Source: a virus. Taken from it: 64,000 bases of DNA. Below are positions 48,173-58,762 of this stretch, one piece after another (the stretch's first letter is position 1; every line of letters begins with the position of its first letter). The stretch covers positions 32,001 to 96,000 of IMG/VR virus record IMGVR_UViG_3300045988_145033, one strand, 5' to 3'. Both the position numbers and the translations under genes were made by a program. The notes under the pieces were generated by a model that was not told the origin of the DNA, made no database searches, and worked only from the letters and a program-made list of their open reading frames with translations.

Positions 48173-49027
48173 CTATTTGCTGATAACTGAACCTTCAGGA
48201 ACTATTTTATTTCTGTCTTGTCCCATTATAAGTTCAAAACCTATGCTATTTAATACATATAATGCAACTTCATCTTCATTGTACGAAGTTTTCATTTCAC
48301 ACAATATGTCAGTTAAATACTTTGTAGCCCCTTGGAACGCAGATATCGAGTTCATATCCACAACTACTGTAACTCCATTTAAAGCATCATAGCTATTTAT
48401 AAACTTTGCCATATCAGGACCTTCATAATCAAGTCTTACAACTTTAGCCTTGATATTCTTAGTCTTTTGTAAGAATATATCATTACTTACTTGATATGAA
48501 GTTATGAACAAAACTTCTTCTTCCTTTTTGACTTCCTCTTCGGTTTTCATAAGATAAGCTTGACCTAAATCCTTTGCATTCCAGTCAGGTCTTGAGAACT
48601 CTCTTGATGCTGGGATATATTTTAAACTTGCTATAAATCCACAAATTTCATTTAATCCTTGCATAACGGCATCATCTTTAACATTGTATCTGTCAAGAAA
48701 TTCTTCCATGATATGTTTAGGTACATACTTGTCAGCTAGTACAGGTAAATCAGGTAAAGCATCTATATTGTGCTCTACTATACTATCTATTAATTCCTTT
48801 AAAGAATATTCTTTAACATGTCCTACAGCTTTACCATCTTCAAATCTTTGAAGTTGTACAAATCCTCCATTTGTATTCCAAGTTGTTATAGCTGTGAATG
48901 TTTGATAAATTCCTTTATCATTTACCTTACCAATTTTTCCAGTCATGATGTCCATAAGTCCATCGAGCATATCTTCCACACCTATAACAATTCCAAATCC
49001 TATTCCTTTTACTTCTTTTTTGTTCAT
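48173..49027 (-). CDS. hypothetical protein
   Basis: 284-aa ORF. Confidence 0.7.
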   Translation of the reverse strand: MNKKEVKGIGFGIVIGVEDMLDGLMDIMTGKIGKVNDKGIYQTFTAITTWNTNGGFVQLQRFEDGKAVGHVKEYSLKELIDSIVEHNIDALPDLPVLADKYVPKHIMEEFLDRYNVKDDAVMQGLNEICGFIASLKYIPASREFSRPDWNAKDLGQAYLMKTEEEVKKEEEVLFITSYQVSNDIFLQKTKNIKAKVVRLDYEGPDMAKFINSYDALNGVTVVVDMNSISAFQGATKYLTDILCEMKTSYNEDEVALYVLNSIGFELIMGQDRNKIVPEGSVISK

Positions 49028-49107
49028 TTTTGAACCTCCTTTAAATTTTAAATTTTAGCATCTAGTTATTCCTATTGCTAGGTTTATAATATATAAGAAA
49101 TAATGTG

Positions 49108-49129
49108 AATGGTGCACGAAGCACCATTC
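49108..49129. terminator. hairpin gaatggtgc-acga-agcaccattc
   Basis: 9-bp stem; class A motif at 49083-49100. Confidence 0.5.
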
Positions 49130-49138
49130 TACATATTA

Positions 49139-49981
49139 TTATCTGAAGTGTACATTGTATTCATATTCAGCTTCTTTATTTTGTTTTAAATACTCTTCTT
49201 CTATATTAAGCTGATTAGCACATAGAAGATTTCTGTGGTCTTGATAAGTAGAACCATTTATAAGCACATTAACTGTATTACCTATAAATAAGCAAATAGT
49301 TGAGAACTTTCTTCTTACGTTTTCTCCTATACTTCTGTAGTATTCAGTTAAGTCTTGTAATGTTATAGAAAACTCAGTTTGAATTACAGTCTCAACTGCA
49401 ACTGAACCAGATAAACTATTTTCTGGTCTATTTGTAAGCTTTTGCTCACCATCTACAGTTCTATTAACCCAATCTAGTTTCTTTAACTTTTTAAGATAAT
49501 ATTTTACATCATTTCCTTCAACGCTTCTACAAGCATAAGTTTGATATAAAGTATTAGGGTCATCAGCTGATTTTTTAACCATTCTCCAAGGAATTCTTGT
49601 AGCAGCCGTAAATCCCGGAGCATATCTATTAACGGCTTTTACGACAGCTCCGTCTGCTCCACCATTACATAGCATTACTCCACAATAGTTTAAATCGTTT
49701 TTAACTATAGATGAAGTTGCTGTAATTGTCGATTCTAAATCTTTATCAAGAGTTAGAACTTCAATCTTATTAGTTCTCTTACCAGTTAGAAACTCAGCTA
49801 CAAGTTGAGTTACACCAATAAGCATAGTATTTTCTCCTTCTTTTCTTCTTCTAAATAAAGTTCTACCAGAAGGAAGTGTTATATTTTCTTCTTTTCTTAT
49901 AAGAACTCCTCTTACCTGATTTCCAGTTGAGGCGTGATTTATATCTGAAGATATACTTACTATATCACTAAATCTTTTCAT
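49139..49981 (-). CDS. hypothetical protein
   Basis: 280-aa ORF. Confidence 0.7.
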   Translation of the reverse strand: MKRFSDIVSISSDINHASTGNQVRGVLIRKEENITLPSGRTLFRRRKEGENTMLIGVTQLVAEFLTGKRTNKIEVLTLDKDLESTITATSSIVKNDLNYCGVMLCNGGADGAVVKAVNRYAPGFTAATRIPWRMVKKSADDPNTLYQTYACRSVEGNDVKYYLKKLKKLDWVNRTVDGEQKLTNRPENSLSGSVAVETVIQTEFSITLQDLTEYYRSIGENVRRKFSTICLFIGNTVNVLINGSTYQDHRNLLCANQLNIEEEYLKQNKEAEYEYNVHFR

Positions 49982-49983
49982 TT

Positions 49984-52659
49984 TTAACCTCCTATGTTTA
50001 TAATATCTACAATATCTGTTTGTAAACGTCCGCTCTCACGCTTTATAAGCGTATCATAAACCCTTAAATCTGAATATAATCTTTTCTTAGTTTTATTCTT
50101 TAAAGTATCATAAAAACCTAACTTTGCGTGTCTATCCCAGAAATAAGTCTTATACTTGTCGTTTAATATATCAAGAGTTATAACGTCATCATTTTCAAAT
50201 TCACGGAACTTCTTTTGAAAAGCATAATCATCTATGATTATTTCTCTATCGTGTTCCCATACCTTTACTCTCACATGCGGTATAGTGTCTTCTATATAAA
50301 AATAATCATTATCGTACTCTTTATACCACTTTTGAAAACCATCATCATATGTAAACTCATTAAGGTCAGGTCTTATGTATTCTACTGTATTAGGAACTGT
50401 AATCCAAGGTGGATATAAAACTTTACTTCTATCTCTTTCTCCCTTTCTATGTAGTAAGTCAGTCACTTCAAGATATGAGTGTAGTCCTGACATTTTAACT
50501 GTCATTGTAGCTTCTTCAAAAGTTGTAGTAGTTACTCTATCCCAAAGCCACACATGGTTTTTAATTAAAGTCTCAGATAGTATTCTTTCGTAATCATCAA
50601 ATACATAAGAAGTACCCGAAAGTCTCAAATCTACAGTATACGATTTTAAAAAGGCTATCATCTTAAACATTGTCGTTTTAATAGTTTGAGCTTCATCTTC
50701 TTTTATCTTAGATAAAAAAGATAAAAGATTGTCTCTCGCTGCAAGATGCGATGGATTACAATAATTATATAAATCTTCTATAACTGATAGTAATTCTTCA
50801 TTCATATTAGATTCAACATTTGCTCCAGTTGCACGAAGTGACTCAAGATGAGTATACAAAGCTGGATTTGTATGAGATAACCATTCTGAGTAAGTATTGT
50901 AGTTTTTAATATCTTTATAGTAATGATTTATAGCCATAGTTCCAACCATATGCTCAAGCTTCATAAGTTCTTTCATTATATGATAATCAAAATGCTCAGT
51001 TTCTATCATTTTACGTAGAACACCTAGTGCATTTCTATTATGTAAAAGTACATCTAAGAAATCTACAACTGACATAGATGAGTTTACAGTTTTATAATAA
51101 GTTAGATATTCCATATCTTTTGGTATATTTCTTTGAAAGGCATCCACTATATCAGCACTTAATTTAAAATGGTTATCTATTCCATATATGTAAACTAAAC
51201 CTTCTGTATCTTTTATTATATCATCTTCAAAGCCATTCTTATTTATAATAAGTATCATAGCATACACAAATGCTTCCCATAAGGTTGCTGGTAGTTGAGC
51301 CTTTGTAAGAGTTAGTTTAAAGTCCCCTAGTCTTTCTTTATTTCCAAATAAAAAAGACATAAACTCAGATTGAGTAAAAGCGTTCTCAGTTAGAGATACA
51401 ACGTTATCAACTCCTATATATTTAGTAGTAAGAAATGAGAAGTTTTCCTTAAGTACCATATCTTCAAGCTTATCACGTCCTAATCCCCATCTTTTATCAT
51501 TTGCTACAAATTCATTAAATGGTATTTTAGCCTTAGTATCTCCCTCTCTTATATTGTAGATATAATTATGTAAATCTGATGCTCCTATAGGAACTCTTAC
51601 AAAAGATAACTTATAATTTTCGCTTAAAGATTTAGTCTTATCATATCCCTTTTCAAAGTCTACATATTCTTTATAAAGAATATATTGATAAACGTCTTTA
51701 ATACCAAAAGCTTCTACTATATTTATAATAGACGATTTATCTCCTTTAAATCTTAGAACTCTATTTATTTTTTCAGCAAATGCTATTCTTACATTCTTAG
51801 GTAAATCAGCCACATATGGAATTGAAAATGTCTTATAAAGACTATCAAGTATATCATCTGACGTAAAGTCAAACTCCAAAATATTCATAGGGTTTTCAGC
51901 AAGTATCACATACATTGTAGCACAGATAAGATAAGTAGCCATTATAGGTTCATAGTATTCATATGAATCATTATAATACTCATTAAAGATAGTTCTTGCA
52001 AATGCAAGTCTTAAGTATTCGTATACTTCTGCAACTCTATATCCAATATTATAATTTACTGTATCTATATATAAAAGTCCAAACTTATCTGAAGTTCTTG
52101 TCACATAAAAGGGTATTCTTCTTTGAATAAAGTTAAGATACTCTTTATCTTGATTTTTCTTTATTATCTCCTCAAGTAGTCCTTTATTCTCTAATATTGA
52201 TAGCTCCCCTTGACTCATAAGATGAAGTGGAGTATTATCTGTAATACCATCTATATGATACCCTAAGTATATGTAATCTTCCTCTCTATAAGGATAACCC
52301 ATTAGAGTTAGCACATATCTATTTTCTTCTTTATACTCAGCTATTATCTTACGTCTTTTATTTGCGTGTAATTGCTCTCTTTGAGCAAGTGTTGTGAACC
52401 TAGATAGTTCACGTACATCTCTTTGTATTATTATAATATCATTACTATCATATATTCCTATTGCGTTTAGTTCTTCTGTAGTGTAGTCATACTCGTAAAC
52501 TGTATCAGTTCCGTTATACGCATTTTTATATTTATTAAATCTAACCTTCATTTCTTCCGTGTCCCATATCTCAAGTTCTTTTTGTCTTTTTATGACAGCG
52601 GTTTTGAGACAGTTAAGAATATCTCGGTTATCAGTTACAAAATCATCAATCCGTAACAT
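49984..52659 (-). CDS. hypothetical protein (about 891 aa)
   Basis: the internal Met at 52659 is preceded by AAAGGAGGTGTACT; the listed N-terminal 13 codons cover a class B motif and are probably not translated. Confidence 0.65.
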   Translation of the reverse strand: MLRIDDFVTDNRDILNCLKTAVIKRQKELEIWDTEEMKVRFNKYKNAYNGTDTVYEYDYTTEELNAIGIYDSNDIIIIQRDVRELSRFTTLAQREQLHANKRRKIIAEYKEENRYVLTLMGYPYREEDYIYLGYHIDGITDNTPLHLMSQGELSILENKGLLEEIIKKNQDKEYLNFIQRRIPFYVTRTSDKFGLLYIDTVNYNIGYRVAEVYEYLRLAFARTIFNEYYNDSYEYYEPIMATYLICATMYVILAENPMNILEFDFTSDDILDSLYKTFSIPYVADLPKNVRIAFAEKINRVLRFKGDKSSIINIVEAFGIKDVYQYILYKEYVDFEKGYDKTKSLSENYKLSFVRVPIGASDLHNYIYNIREGDTKAKIPFNEFVANDKRWGLGRDKLEDMVLKENFSFLTTKYIGVDNVVSLTENAFTQSEFMSFLFGNKERLGDFKLTLTKAQLPATLWEAFVYAMILIINKNGFEDDIIKDTEGLVYIYGIDNHFKLSADIVDAFQRNIPKDMEYLTYYKTVNSSMSVVDFLDVLLHNRNALGVLRKMIETEHFDYHIMKELMKLEHMVGTMAINHYYKDIKNYNTYSEWLSHTNPALYTHLESLRATGANVESNMNEELLSVIEDLYNYCNPSHLAARDNLLSFLSKIKEDEAQTIKTTMFKMIAFLKSYTVDLRLSGTSYVFDDYERILSETLIKNHVWLWDRVTTTTFEEATMTVKMSGLHSYLEVTDLLHRKGERDRSKVLYPPWITVPNTVEYIRPDLNEFTYDDGFQKWYKEYDNDYFYIEDTIPHVRVKVWEHDREIIIDDYAFQKKFREFENDDVITLDILNDKYKTYFWDRHAKLGFYDTLKNKTKKRLYSDLRVYDTLIKRESGRLQTDIVDIINIGG

Positions 52660-52671
52660 AGTACACCTCCT

Positions 52672-52727
52672 TTGATTTTTCAAATAGCTGTTCGTCATAA
52701 AACCCCCAGAAACAGCTTAAATAGAAG
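52672..52727. promoter_or_regulatory. divergent region with two class B-like motifs (minus sense GAACAGCTATTTGAAAAATC; plus sense AGAAACAGCTTAAATAGAAG)
   Basis: AACAGC cores 25-40 nt from each divergent start codon. Confidence 0.4.
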
Positions 52728-52757
52728 AAAAATATTAACTTTAGGAGGTATAAACAT

Positions 52758-53681
52758 ATGGAACTTACTATTATAAGTTTGATAGTTATGGTAAATTTAA
52801 TGCTATTTGGTGGAGCTACATTATTTGTAATGTATATGCTTAAATCAAAGGAAATGGAAGATAAAAGAATAGAAAATGAAAGGCAATTTATGCTTGAGCA
52901 AACGAGACTTTCAATAGAGCAAACCGAGAATAAACGAAAGGAAGAAGAAAGGGTAAGACGGTATTTACTCGATAAGGAAAAGCAACTTGCAGATATTAAA
53001 CTTCGTGAAAAGGAAATAGATTATAACGCCTCTCTTGATGTCAAGAAAGAAGTTTATAATCCTTTAGAAGAAATGATAGAAACTGTTGTAGAACCTTATT
53101 TGAAATTCAAATATACTAATATAGAAAAAGACCCTAAAGACTTTGTAATGGAAGATATAATAATTCCTAGATTTGGACCGCATAGAGAAAATGATATAAA
53201 AGATATTTATAAAACTATAGTTTCTGATATGTCTCCTACTATGAGAAATATACTAGGTAAATATTTAAAAGATGAAAATTTAGATATAATGATAGATAAG
53301 ATGATAAGACTATACTACAATAGAACTCTTGATACATTAACTAAATATAAAAATGAGCTAGCACTTCGTGAACAAGCTGTAATGTCAAGAAAAGACCCAC
53401 TATTTATAAATGGTAAGCTTAATAGAAAGGCAAGAGGACTTTCAAAAGAAGCGGCTGATGCAATAGAATATTATAAGATACATAATGTAAAAGACTTAGT
53501 AGAAGCACAAAAACTTATGCGTGATGAAGAACACGCTGACTTATATATAAATGCACGTTATGAAAATGAAATACGTAATGGATTTGACCACGGAGTTAAT
53601 ATACTAAAAGTTGACCCTTCACAATATGATGACTTTTTAAGGTGGAAATTCCCAGACAATTACGGTTTATATAATAGATAA
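52758..53681 (+). CDS. hypothetical protein with an N-terminal TM segment and coiled coil
   Basis: 307-aa ORF; SD TTTAGGAGGTATAAACAT. Confidence 0.7.
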   Translation: MELTIISLIVMVNLMLFGGATLFVMYMLKSKEMEDKRIENERQFMLEQTRLSIEQTENKRKEEERVRRYLLDKEKQLADIKLREKEIDYNASLDVKKEVYNPLEEMIETVVEPYLKFKYTNIEKDPKDFVMEDIIIPRFGPHRENDIKDIYKTIVSDMSPTMRNILGKYLKDENLDIMIDKMIRLYYNRTLDTLTKYKNELALREQAVMSRKDPLFINGKLNRKARGLSKEAADAIEYYKIHNVKDLVEAQKLMRDEEHADLYINARYENEIRNGFDHGVNILKVDPSQYDDFLRWKFPDNYGLYNR

Positions 53682-53692
53682 AGGAGAAGATT

Positions 53693-56485
53693 ATGGAAAT
53701 ATTTAATATAGATAAATTCATAAGAGCAAGACAAGTAAAAGAAGTTACGACAACTAACCTCTTTCTCGCATCAGGTTCACCAGACCCTGAAGGACTTGTA
53801 TCTCAAGTTATATTTGGTACGTCTACAATAGATAGACAATCAAGATATGGGTATATACAACTTCATGGAAAGTTTATGCACCCTATAATATACAAAAGAA
53901 TATTTAAAAGAAGTTATAGAAAGATAGACGGTATTATAGCTGGAACTGATTACTATAATATTACTGAAAAGGGAGAACTTGTAAAAGACCCCGAAGGATA
54001 TACTGGACTTGAATGGCTTTATAAGAATTTTGAGAGAATAAAGTTTCAGAATATAAATTTAGAAGAAGATGGTGATGATATAGAACTATCTTTATTTAAA
54101 GAGGACGTAAGAGCAGTTATGAAGAAATATACAAAGGACCAGTTATTTATTGATAAGATTATAGTTATACCTATAGCTTATCGTGATATAGATATAAGAG
54201 ACGGTCAAATGGGTATTGATGAGCTTAACTCTTTATATCGTTCTATTATGAATAAAGCTAGAATGCTACAAGATAATAAGAATGTAAAACTGTTTGATTT
54301 GAATAGGCTTATGTTTCAGATGCAACTACAGATAGCTCAACTATCTGACCACTACAAAGCTATAATAAGTGGTAAGTATGGACTTCAAAGAAAAAGAGCA
54401 CTATCTAAAAACGTTGACTATGGTTCAATAGTTGTATTATCAGGACACGAGTTTGACGGAGATAAGTTTTATGATGAAAAGGTAAATGTTGATAAAACAG
54501 GTTTCCCTTTAACTGCTATAGTTACTAATATGCAATTATTTATAATACGTAGAGTAGAAGATTTCTTAAGACAACTTCCTATGACAAAGAAAAATGGTGA
54601 GCAGTTCTCTTTAAGAGAAAAGGAAATGTATTATGACGGTGAGAAGATAAAGGAATACATACAAACTTATGCTCACTCTATATCAGAAAGATTTAACTTT
54701 GTTGAAACTCCAGACGGTGGTAATGTTACTTTCACATATAAAGTAGCTGGAAAAGAAAAGACAAGATTTATGACAATAACTGACGTTTTGTATATGTTTG
54801 CTTATAGTGAAGCTGAGCTTGCAGAACGTCATATGCTTATAACACGTCACCCTACTATGGATAGCTTTAACGTTATACCTACGCTTATTCACGTTCTATC
54901 TACTATTAAGACAATAGAAGTCGAAGCGTATGGTATGAAATATCCTTACTATCCCGATATAGATTATATCTTTGATAAGTATGGAGATTTAAGAGTAAGA
55001 GAAAATGCAATAAAGGCAGAAAGAGAATTATCAGGTTACTTTACAGAATCTGAAAAGATATCCACTTTACAACTTGAGGGAATGGACGGAGACTTAGACG
55101 GAGATAAAAATATAGCAAGACCGGTATTTTCAGATGAAGCCAACGAAGAATGCAGGCAAAAAAGAGAGGCACTTGCGTCACACTTTAATATGAGAATGGA
55201 GAATATGAAGATACTTGGAACTGATAGTGTACAAGCTTTATATTCATTTACAGTATTTAGAAAAGACGCACCTTATGCTAAACCTGCTACAATAGAAAAG
55301 TTAAAGAATGCTAAATCAGATGATATTACTGTAACTTATTTATTTAAAGAACTAAGACTTGCAGATACTACTAAATTTAAAAGAGAAAATGATATAAGAG
55401 ATTTAATACCTATTAAAAATGGTGAGTTTGGTTATAAAGGAAAAGATACAGTTTGTACAATAGGACAATTCATAGCTTGGAAGCTTTTATTTGAAGATTG
55501 TAAAATACCAATTCTTACAGAAGTTCTAACTAAGAAAGTCATAGAAAGAACTTTTACAGAAATAGGAGTTAAGATACAACATAAAGAAATTACAATAGAC
55601 GATTTCAAGAAATGTGTAAATAGATATGAAGCGTTCTCACTTCGTATGACTTCATTTGTAAATCCTTCTGTATCAACTGAAATGCTTATTCTTACACCAG
55701 AGATAAGAGAATTAAAATCGAAACTTATAGAAGAAAATAAAGCTGGTATTGAAGCTAATGACCCATATGCCGCTGCTAAGGTTGAAAAGCCACTAATTGA
55801 TAAAGTAGAAGAAGTGTATGGAGATAAACCTGAAATGGAAACTTATCGTTCAGGGGTTGTAACTCTTGATAATAACTATAAGGTACTTGCACTTATGGCA
55901 GGAGCACTACCACAAGATGAAGACTTCAATAAGTTTAAAGTAGTTACAGATTCTTTATCAGACGGACTACAAAAGAAAGACTTATCTTACTTTGGTAATA
56001 TGGGACTTGTGGGTGGATACTCAAGAGGTAAAGCACCAGAAGTCGGTGGAGCTATGGCAAAACTTGCAGGGTATGTGTATCAAACTATGAGACTTGATAA
56101 GTTTGGTACTGATTGTGGAACGAAAGTATATTGTGAAATATATGTAGACCCTAAAGCAGAAGTTGAATATTATGGAAGATATGTTCCTGAAGGGAATGAG
56201 CTTGTAATGATAACTAAAGAAAACTTCTCAAAATATGCTGGAAAGAAAGTTCCTATGCGTTCAGTTCTAACTTGTAAGACACCTCTTGTATGCAATAAAT
56301 GTGCAGGAGATGGAATATACAATATCTTAGGAATATATGATAGACCTGTAGATTTCGGACTTAAGCTTAATAAACAACAGCACGAGCTTGTACAAAAGAG
56401 ACTTAAACTTTCTCACGATACTTCAGTTAAATTCAAGCACTTAGATTTTGACTGTATAGTACCTAGTAAGAAGAAAGGAAAATAG
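53693..56485 (+). CDS. multisubunit RNA polymerase beta-prime-like subunit, N-terminal part including the catalytic region
   Basis: YGYIQLHGKFMHPII resembles MGHIELAAPVAHIWF; LSKNVDYGSIVVLSG resembles LLGKRVDYSGRSVIV; ITRHPTMDSFNVIPTLIHV resembles LNRAPTLHRLGIQAF; MDGDLDGD is a candidate DxDGD metal-binding loop. Confidence 0.7.
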   Translation: MEIFNIDKFIRARQVKEVTTTNLFLASGSPDPEGLVSQVIFGTSTIDRQSRYGYIQLHGKFMHPIIYKRIFKRSYRKIDGIIAGTDYYNITEKGELVKDPEGYTGLEWLYKNFERIKFQNINLEEDGDDIELSLFKEDVRAVMKKYTKDQLFIDKIIVIPIAYRDIDIRDGQMGIDELNSLYRSIMNKARMLQDNKNVKLFDLNRLMFQMQLQIAQLSDHYKAIISGKYGLQRKRALSKNVDYGSIVVLSGHEFDGDKFYDEKVNVDKTGFPLTAIVTNMQLFIIRRVEDFLRQLPMTKKNGEQFSLREKEMYYDGEKIKEYIQTYAHSISERFNFVETPDGGNVTFTYKVAGKEKTRFMTITDVLYMFAYSEAELAERHMLITRHPTMDSFNVIPTLIHVLSTIKTIEVEAYGMKYPYYPDIDYIFDKYGDLRVRENAIKAERELSGYFTESEKISTLQLEGMDGDLDGDKNIARPVFSDEANEECRQKREALASHFNMRMENMKILGTDSVQALYSFTVFRKDAPYAKPATIEKLKNAKSDDITVTYLFKELRLADTTKFKRENDIRDLIPIKNGEFGYKGKDTVCTIGQFIAWKLLFEDCKIPILTEVLTKKVIERTFTEIGVKIQHKEITIDDFKKCVNRYEAFSLRMTSFVNPSVSTEMLILTPEIRELKSKLIEENKAGIEANDPYAAAKVEKPLIDKVEEVYGDKPEMETYRSGVVTLDNNYKVLALMAGALPQDEDFNKFKVVTDSLSDGLQKKDLSYFGNMGLVGGYSRGKAPEVGGAMAKLAGYVYQTMRLDKFGTDCGTKVYCEIYVDPKAEVEYYGRYVPEGNELVMITKENFSKYAGKKVPMRSVLTCKTPLVCNKCAGDGIYNILGIYDRPVDFGLKLNKQQHELVQKRLKLSHDTSVKFKHLDFDCIVPSKKKGK

Positions 56486-56498
56486 AAAAAAAAAAATA

Positions 56499-56518
56499 GG
56501 AAGGGGCGTCCCCCTTCC
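56499..56518 (+). terminator. terminator hairpin ggaagggg-cgtc-ccccttcc followed by a T-run
   Basis: 8-bp GC stem after an A11 run and before atatattttt. Confidence 0.6.
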
Positions 56519-56520
56519 AT

Positions 56521-56600
56521 ATATTTTTAATGGGATTATGTCTTTACTATATAGTATAATGGGATTTGTCTAATATTGGGATTATAGACTTATACTGTAT
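56521..56600. repeat. three direct copies of (A)TGGGATT(N)TNTCT in a convergent intergenic region
   Basis: aatgggattatgtcttta, aatgggatttgtctaata, attgggattatagactta. Confidence 0.4.
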
Positions 56601-56619
56601 ATTTTTCCAAGTGTTTCCG

Positions 56620-57603
56620 TTATAGGTAAGTATTTTCAAATACTTGTAAAAGAGCTTGTATACAATCAGCTGCATCGTATAAATCATCTTTTGACTCAAT
56701 ATGGAATAACTTACCTTCGCTATCAGCTGGAGCCCAAGACTCAGCATATGTAGAAAGTTTGGCAATTCTTGCCTCTGTATTCTTTCTTTCTTCTTCAGTT
56801 AGCGGTACATGGTCAAGTGTCCAATAAATCATTTGACAATCTTGTCCACCAAATGAAGCTGTTACAAATTCCAAGTCTCCTATTCTTGGAACAAAGTAAC
56901 CTATATCACGAACAGCTATCTCGTCACCTTTAACTCCAAAGTTTTCAGCTGAGATAACCAAGTGAATATCGTTCATATGGAAATACTTATTAAGCTTTCT
57001 AATGATACGAGACATATACTCATAATTTTCAACACATACAGCGATAGACTCTTCCTTAACGTTTAAGAAAGTACCGTCTGTATGCTTAAGCATATCAGCT
57101 CTTAAGTTTCCAATGTATTCAGCACATATCATAAAATCTTTCCACCCATCAGGTAGAGCGAAATTAGATACGACTGGAATATGTTTTCCAATATCATTAT
57201 AGATTTCTGGATTAGTAGTTACATAAGATGAAATAAATCTCTCGATTTTATTATCTCTTATTCCTACTTCTCTAAAAGGTACTTTATATACCCAACCAGA
57301 ACCTTCAGCCATAAAGGCAATTCTATTTTGTCCTCTTCCAAGGTATTTAAAACCTGCACCCATTATAAGTCTTTTGAATCTCTCAGCAACTTCATCTGGA
57401 GCAGATTCGCTCACAAATACTTCAGCAAGTTCTTGAGCTAGTTCTACTACTCTTTCTTGAACTTCATCATTATCGCCCATTCTTTGTTGACGTCCGAATG
57501 GACTTTCACCAAATGGAGAACTAGATTCTCCGAATCTTCCATTACCACTTAAACTATTACTTCTCTTTAAAACGTTTCCTACTTCTTTAATATTAAATGC
57601 CAT
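56620..57603 (-). CDS. hypothetical protein with a disordered FG/Ser-rich N-terminus; possible protein-kinase-like fold
   Basis: LGRGQNRIAF...VYKV (Gly loop plus Lys), HMNDIHLVISAEN (catalytic-loop-like), VRDIGYF (DFG-like); weak. Confidence 0.6.
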   Translation of the reverse strand: MAFNIKEVGNVLKRSNSLSGNGRFGESSSPFGESPFGRQQRMGDNDEVQERVVELAQELAEVFVSESAPDEVAERFKRLIMGAGFKYLGRGQNRIAFMAEGSGWVYKVPFREVGIRDNKIERFISSYVTTNPEIYNDIGKHIPVVSNFALPDGWKDFMICAEYIGNLRADMLKHTDGTFLNVKEESIAVCVENYEYMSRIIRKLNKYFHMNDIHLVISAENFGVKGDEIAVRDIGYFVPRIGDLEFVTASFGGQDCQMIYWTLDHVPLTEEERKNTEARIAKLSTYAESWAPADSEGKLFHIESKDDLYDAADCIQALLQVFENTYL

Positions 57604-57658
57604 TTTCTTCCTCCTTAAAATTTTATAATTTTATAATAAGTTAAATTGCTAATTATTT

Positions 57659-58762
57659 TTACCACCATTTATTTACTGTAGAACCTGTTCTAGGCTTCAA
57701 CGGAACGTAAGGTTTTGATTCCACCGCCGCACCCGGTGTAACCCAAGGTCTTACCCCGCCATTTGAAGAACTACCACCGCCTGTATTTCCTCCAAATATT
57801 GATGCAAACCCTTTCTTACCACTACTTCCTCCGCTACCACTGTTTCCATATCCTAAGCCGTTATTTGGTTTGTACTTATCGGCGTATGTATTATTCTTTT
57901 CACCGAATGTAGACTTTTTCTTGCCGAATGGACTATTACTGTTATATCCACTTCCGTAGTCATCGTTAAATAATCCGCCACCGAATGAACCAAATCTACC
58001 GAAACTTCCATCATCTACAAAGTAATCATCTTCATTTTCTTCTTTCTTGAACTTTGCAAATGACGAAGTCTTTTCTTCTTTCTTACCAGCTGTATAGAAC
58101 CCACTTACTGTACCCGGAATAAGTTTTCCAGTTTTCTTTTCATTCTTCTTCATATTTTGTAAGAAGTATTTATCAGCGTCTGGGTCAGGTCTATCAGGTT
58201 CAATCTTAAATCCTAAATCTTGAATAGCTGCCACAACTTCTGGAGCTATTAGTTCTTCGTCTACTGCCGCAGTTAGAGTCTTAACTAATTTATCCAAGTT
58301 ATTAGTAACTAGCTTTAGAACCTTAGTAAGCATAAATGTGTCTACACCGTATCTTGAAAGTTTTAGCTCACTATCAATAGTAGTGATTTGACTGATACCG
58401 GTAGTATCTACTATTTCATTGATTTGCTTTAATTGCTCTTTATCAAATCTAGTTCTGAAGTCAGTCATACCGTCGTTCCACTTGTCTCTCATTCTAATCC
58501 ATCTAGTCAAGTTTTCCCCAACGCTTTCTTCTTCTCTACCGAAATACGCAGCCGTTTTATTTAGGAAATCACAATCTGTGAATTTACCTAAATCGTTTGT
58601 CATGTAATTTTCAAGTGCCATCATTGTTTGTTGCCATTGCTCTTCGTAGTTTGCAGCAACTTTTAAATCGTGACTTAAAAATACACCTTCCGGAACCATA
58701 GAGTTCCATTTGTTCTTTCCATTCTTTCCATACTTTTTACCGTATTGTGTTACATCAATCAT
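57659..58762 (-). CDS. hypothetical protein with a roughly 130-aa Gly/Ser/Asn/Phe/Tyr-rich low-complexity C-terminal tail
   Basis: 367-aa ORF; class A motif at 58803-58821 upstream. Confidence 0.65.
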   Translation of the reverse strand: MIDVTQYGKKYGKNGKNKWNSMVPEGVFLSHDLKVAANYEEQWQQTMMALENYMTNDLGKFTDCDFLNKTAAYFGREEESVGENLTRWIRMRDKWNDGMTDFRTRFDKEQLKQINEIVDTTGISQITTIDSELKLSRYGVDTFMLTKVLKLVTNNLDKLVKTLTAAVDEELIAPEVVAAIQDLGFKIEPDRPDPDADKYFLQNMKKNEKKTGKLIPGTVSGFYTAGKKEEKTSSFAKFKKEENEDDYFVDDGSFGRFGSFGGGLFNDDYGSGYNSNSPFGKKKSTFGEKNNTYADKYKPNNGLGYGNSGSGGSSGKKGFASIFGGNTGGGSSSNGGVRPWVTPGAAVESKPYVPLKPRTGSTVNKWW

